A stretch of DNA of 64,000 nucleotides, from positions 448,001 through 512,000 of the forward strand of contig OZ241857.1 in assembly GCA_965203315.1 (NCBI GenBank), read 5' to 3'. The position numbers and the translations under genes are program-made. How positions within the stretch are numbered: position 1 is the first letter of the stretch; every line of letters starts with the position of its first letter. Of the stretch, positions 63,675 to 64,000 are shown piece after piece. Under the pieces are notes generated by a model, which was not told the origin of the DNA, ran no database searches, and saw nothing but the letters and a program-made list of their open reading frames with translations. This DNA is from Nitrosopumilus sp. (lineage in GTDB: Archaea; Thermoproteota; Nitrososphaeria; Nitrososphaerales; Nitrosopumilaceae).

Positions 63675-64000
63675 ATGAAAATTCTAATCTTGAGTCTTAC
63701 TGCAGTATTGAGTATCATATCATTTGGTCTAGTAGATAGTGCGTATGCAGAACACCCAGCTGAAAATCCCAACGATAACATTGCAATAGATGTTAGAATC
63801 AACAACTGTACCAGCTTTACCATATTTGGAAATGCAGATGAACATGGATTACTTACTGCACACATGTATTTTGTTGAATATCTTGACAACAATCGTAGTT
63901 TTCAATACGCTTCTATATTTCCACTTAACATAGTAAATGGGGTTTTTGAACATACATACACATTACCAATATCAGTAAACCATTGGACAATGATGGACTA
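63675..64000 (+). CDS. Secreted hypothetical protein, incomplete at the window end
   Basis: MKILILSLTAVLSIISFGLVDSAYA signal peptide; frame open to the end; TTTATAAA upstream. Confidence 0.6.
   Translation, partial: MKILILSLTAVLSIISFGLVDSAYAEHPAENPNDNIAIDVRINNCTSFTIFGNADEHGLLTAHMYFVEYLDNNRSFQYASIFPLNIVNGVFEHTYTLPISVNHWTMMD

Overview
Archaeal, AT-rich, IS-riddled region that looks like part of a large conjugative plasmid or integrated element. The host is probably Nitrososphaeria/Nitrosopumilaceae-like; this is an inference from TATA-proximal leaderless genes, a TBP paralogue, archaeal IS types and the rRNA variants the guides match. Left part (1-34.5 kb): VirB4-like and coupling-protein-like ATPases, many DNA methyltransferase/restriction genes, secreted proteases, a TBP-like gene, a decayed DUF5131-ParB operon, and an actin-like ATPase followed by three paralogous small proteins. 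Middle (34.8-53.3 kb): a co-oriented leading-region-like cluster (ArdC-like, thermonuclease, MoxR-vWA, seven paralogous 2-TM/coiled-coil proteins) punctuated by a repeated hairpin leader. Right part (53.4-64 kb): RM genes within a pile of IS630/IS5/IS6/IS1595 elements and MITEs. The most notable feature is a non-coding tandem array at 35632-36666 of nine box C/D guide-RNA-like units on two alternating scaffolds with variable 10-12 nt guides. One scaffold is enclosed in a canonical bulge-helix-bulge splice motif. Several guides are complementary to universally conserved rRNA functional centres; the N+5 rule points to 23S A2451, 16S G1494 and 16S C970 (E. coli numbering, rRNA recalled from memory, not searched). 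No Nop5, fibrillarin or Tas gene is visible in the window, suggesting a mobile element that programs the host C/D RNP machinery against its own ribosome.
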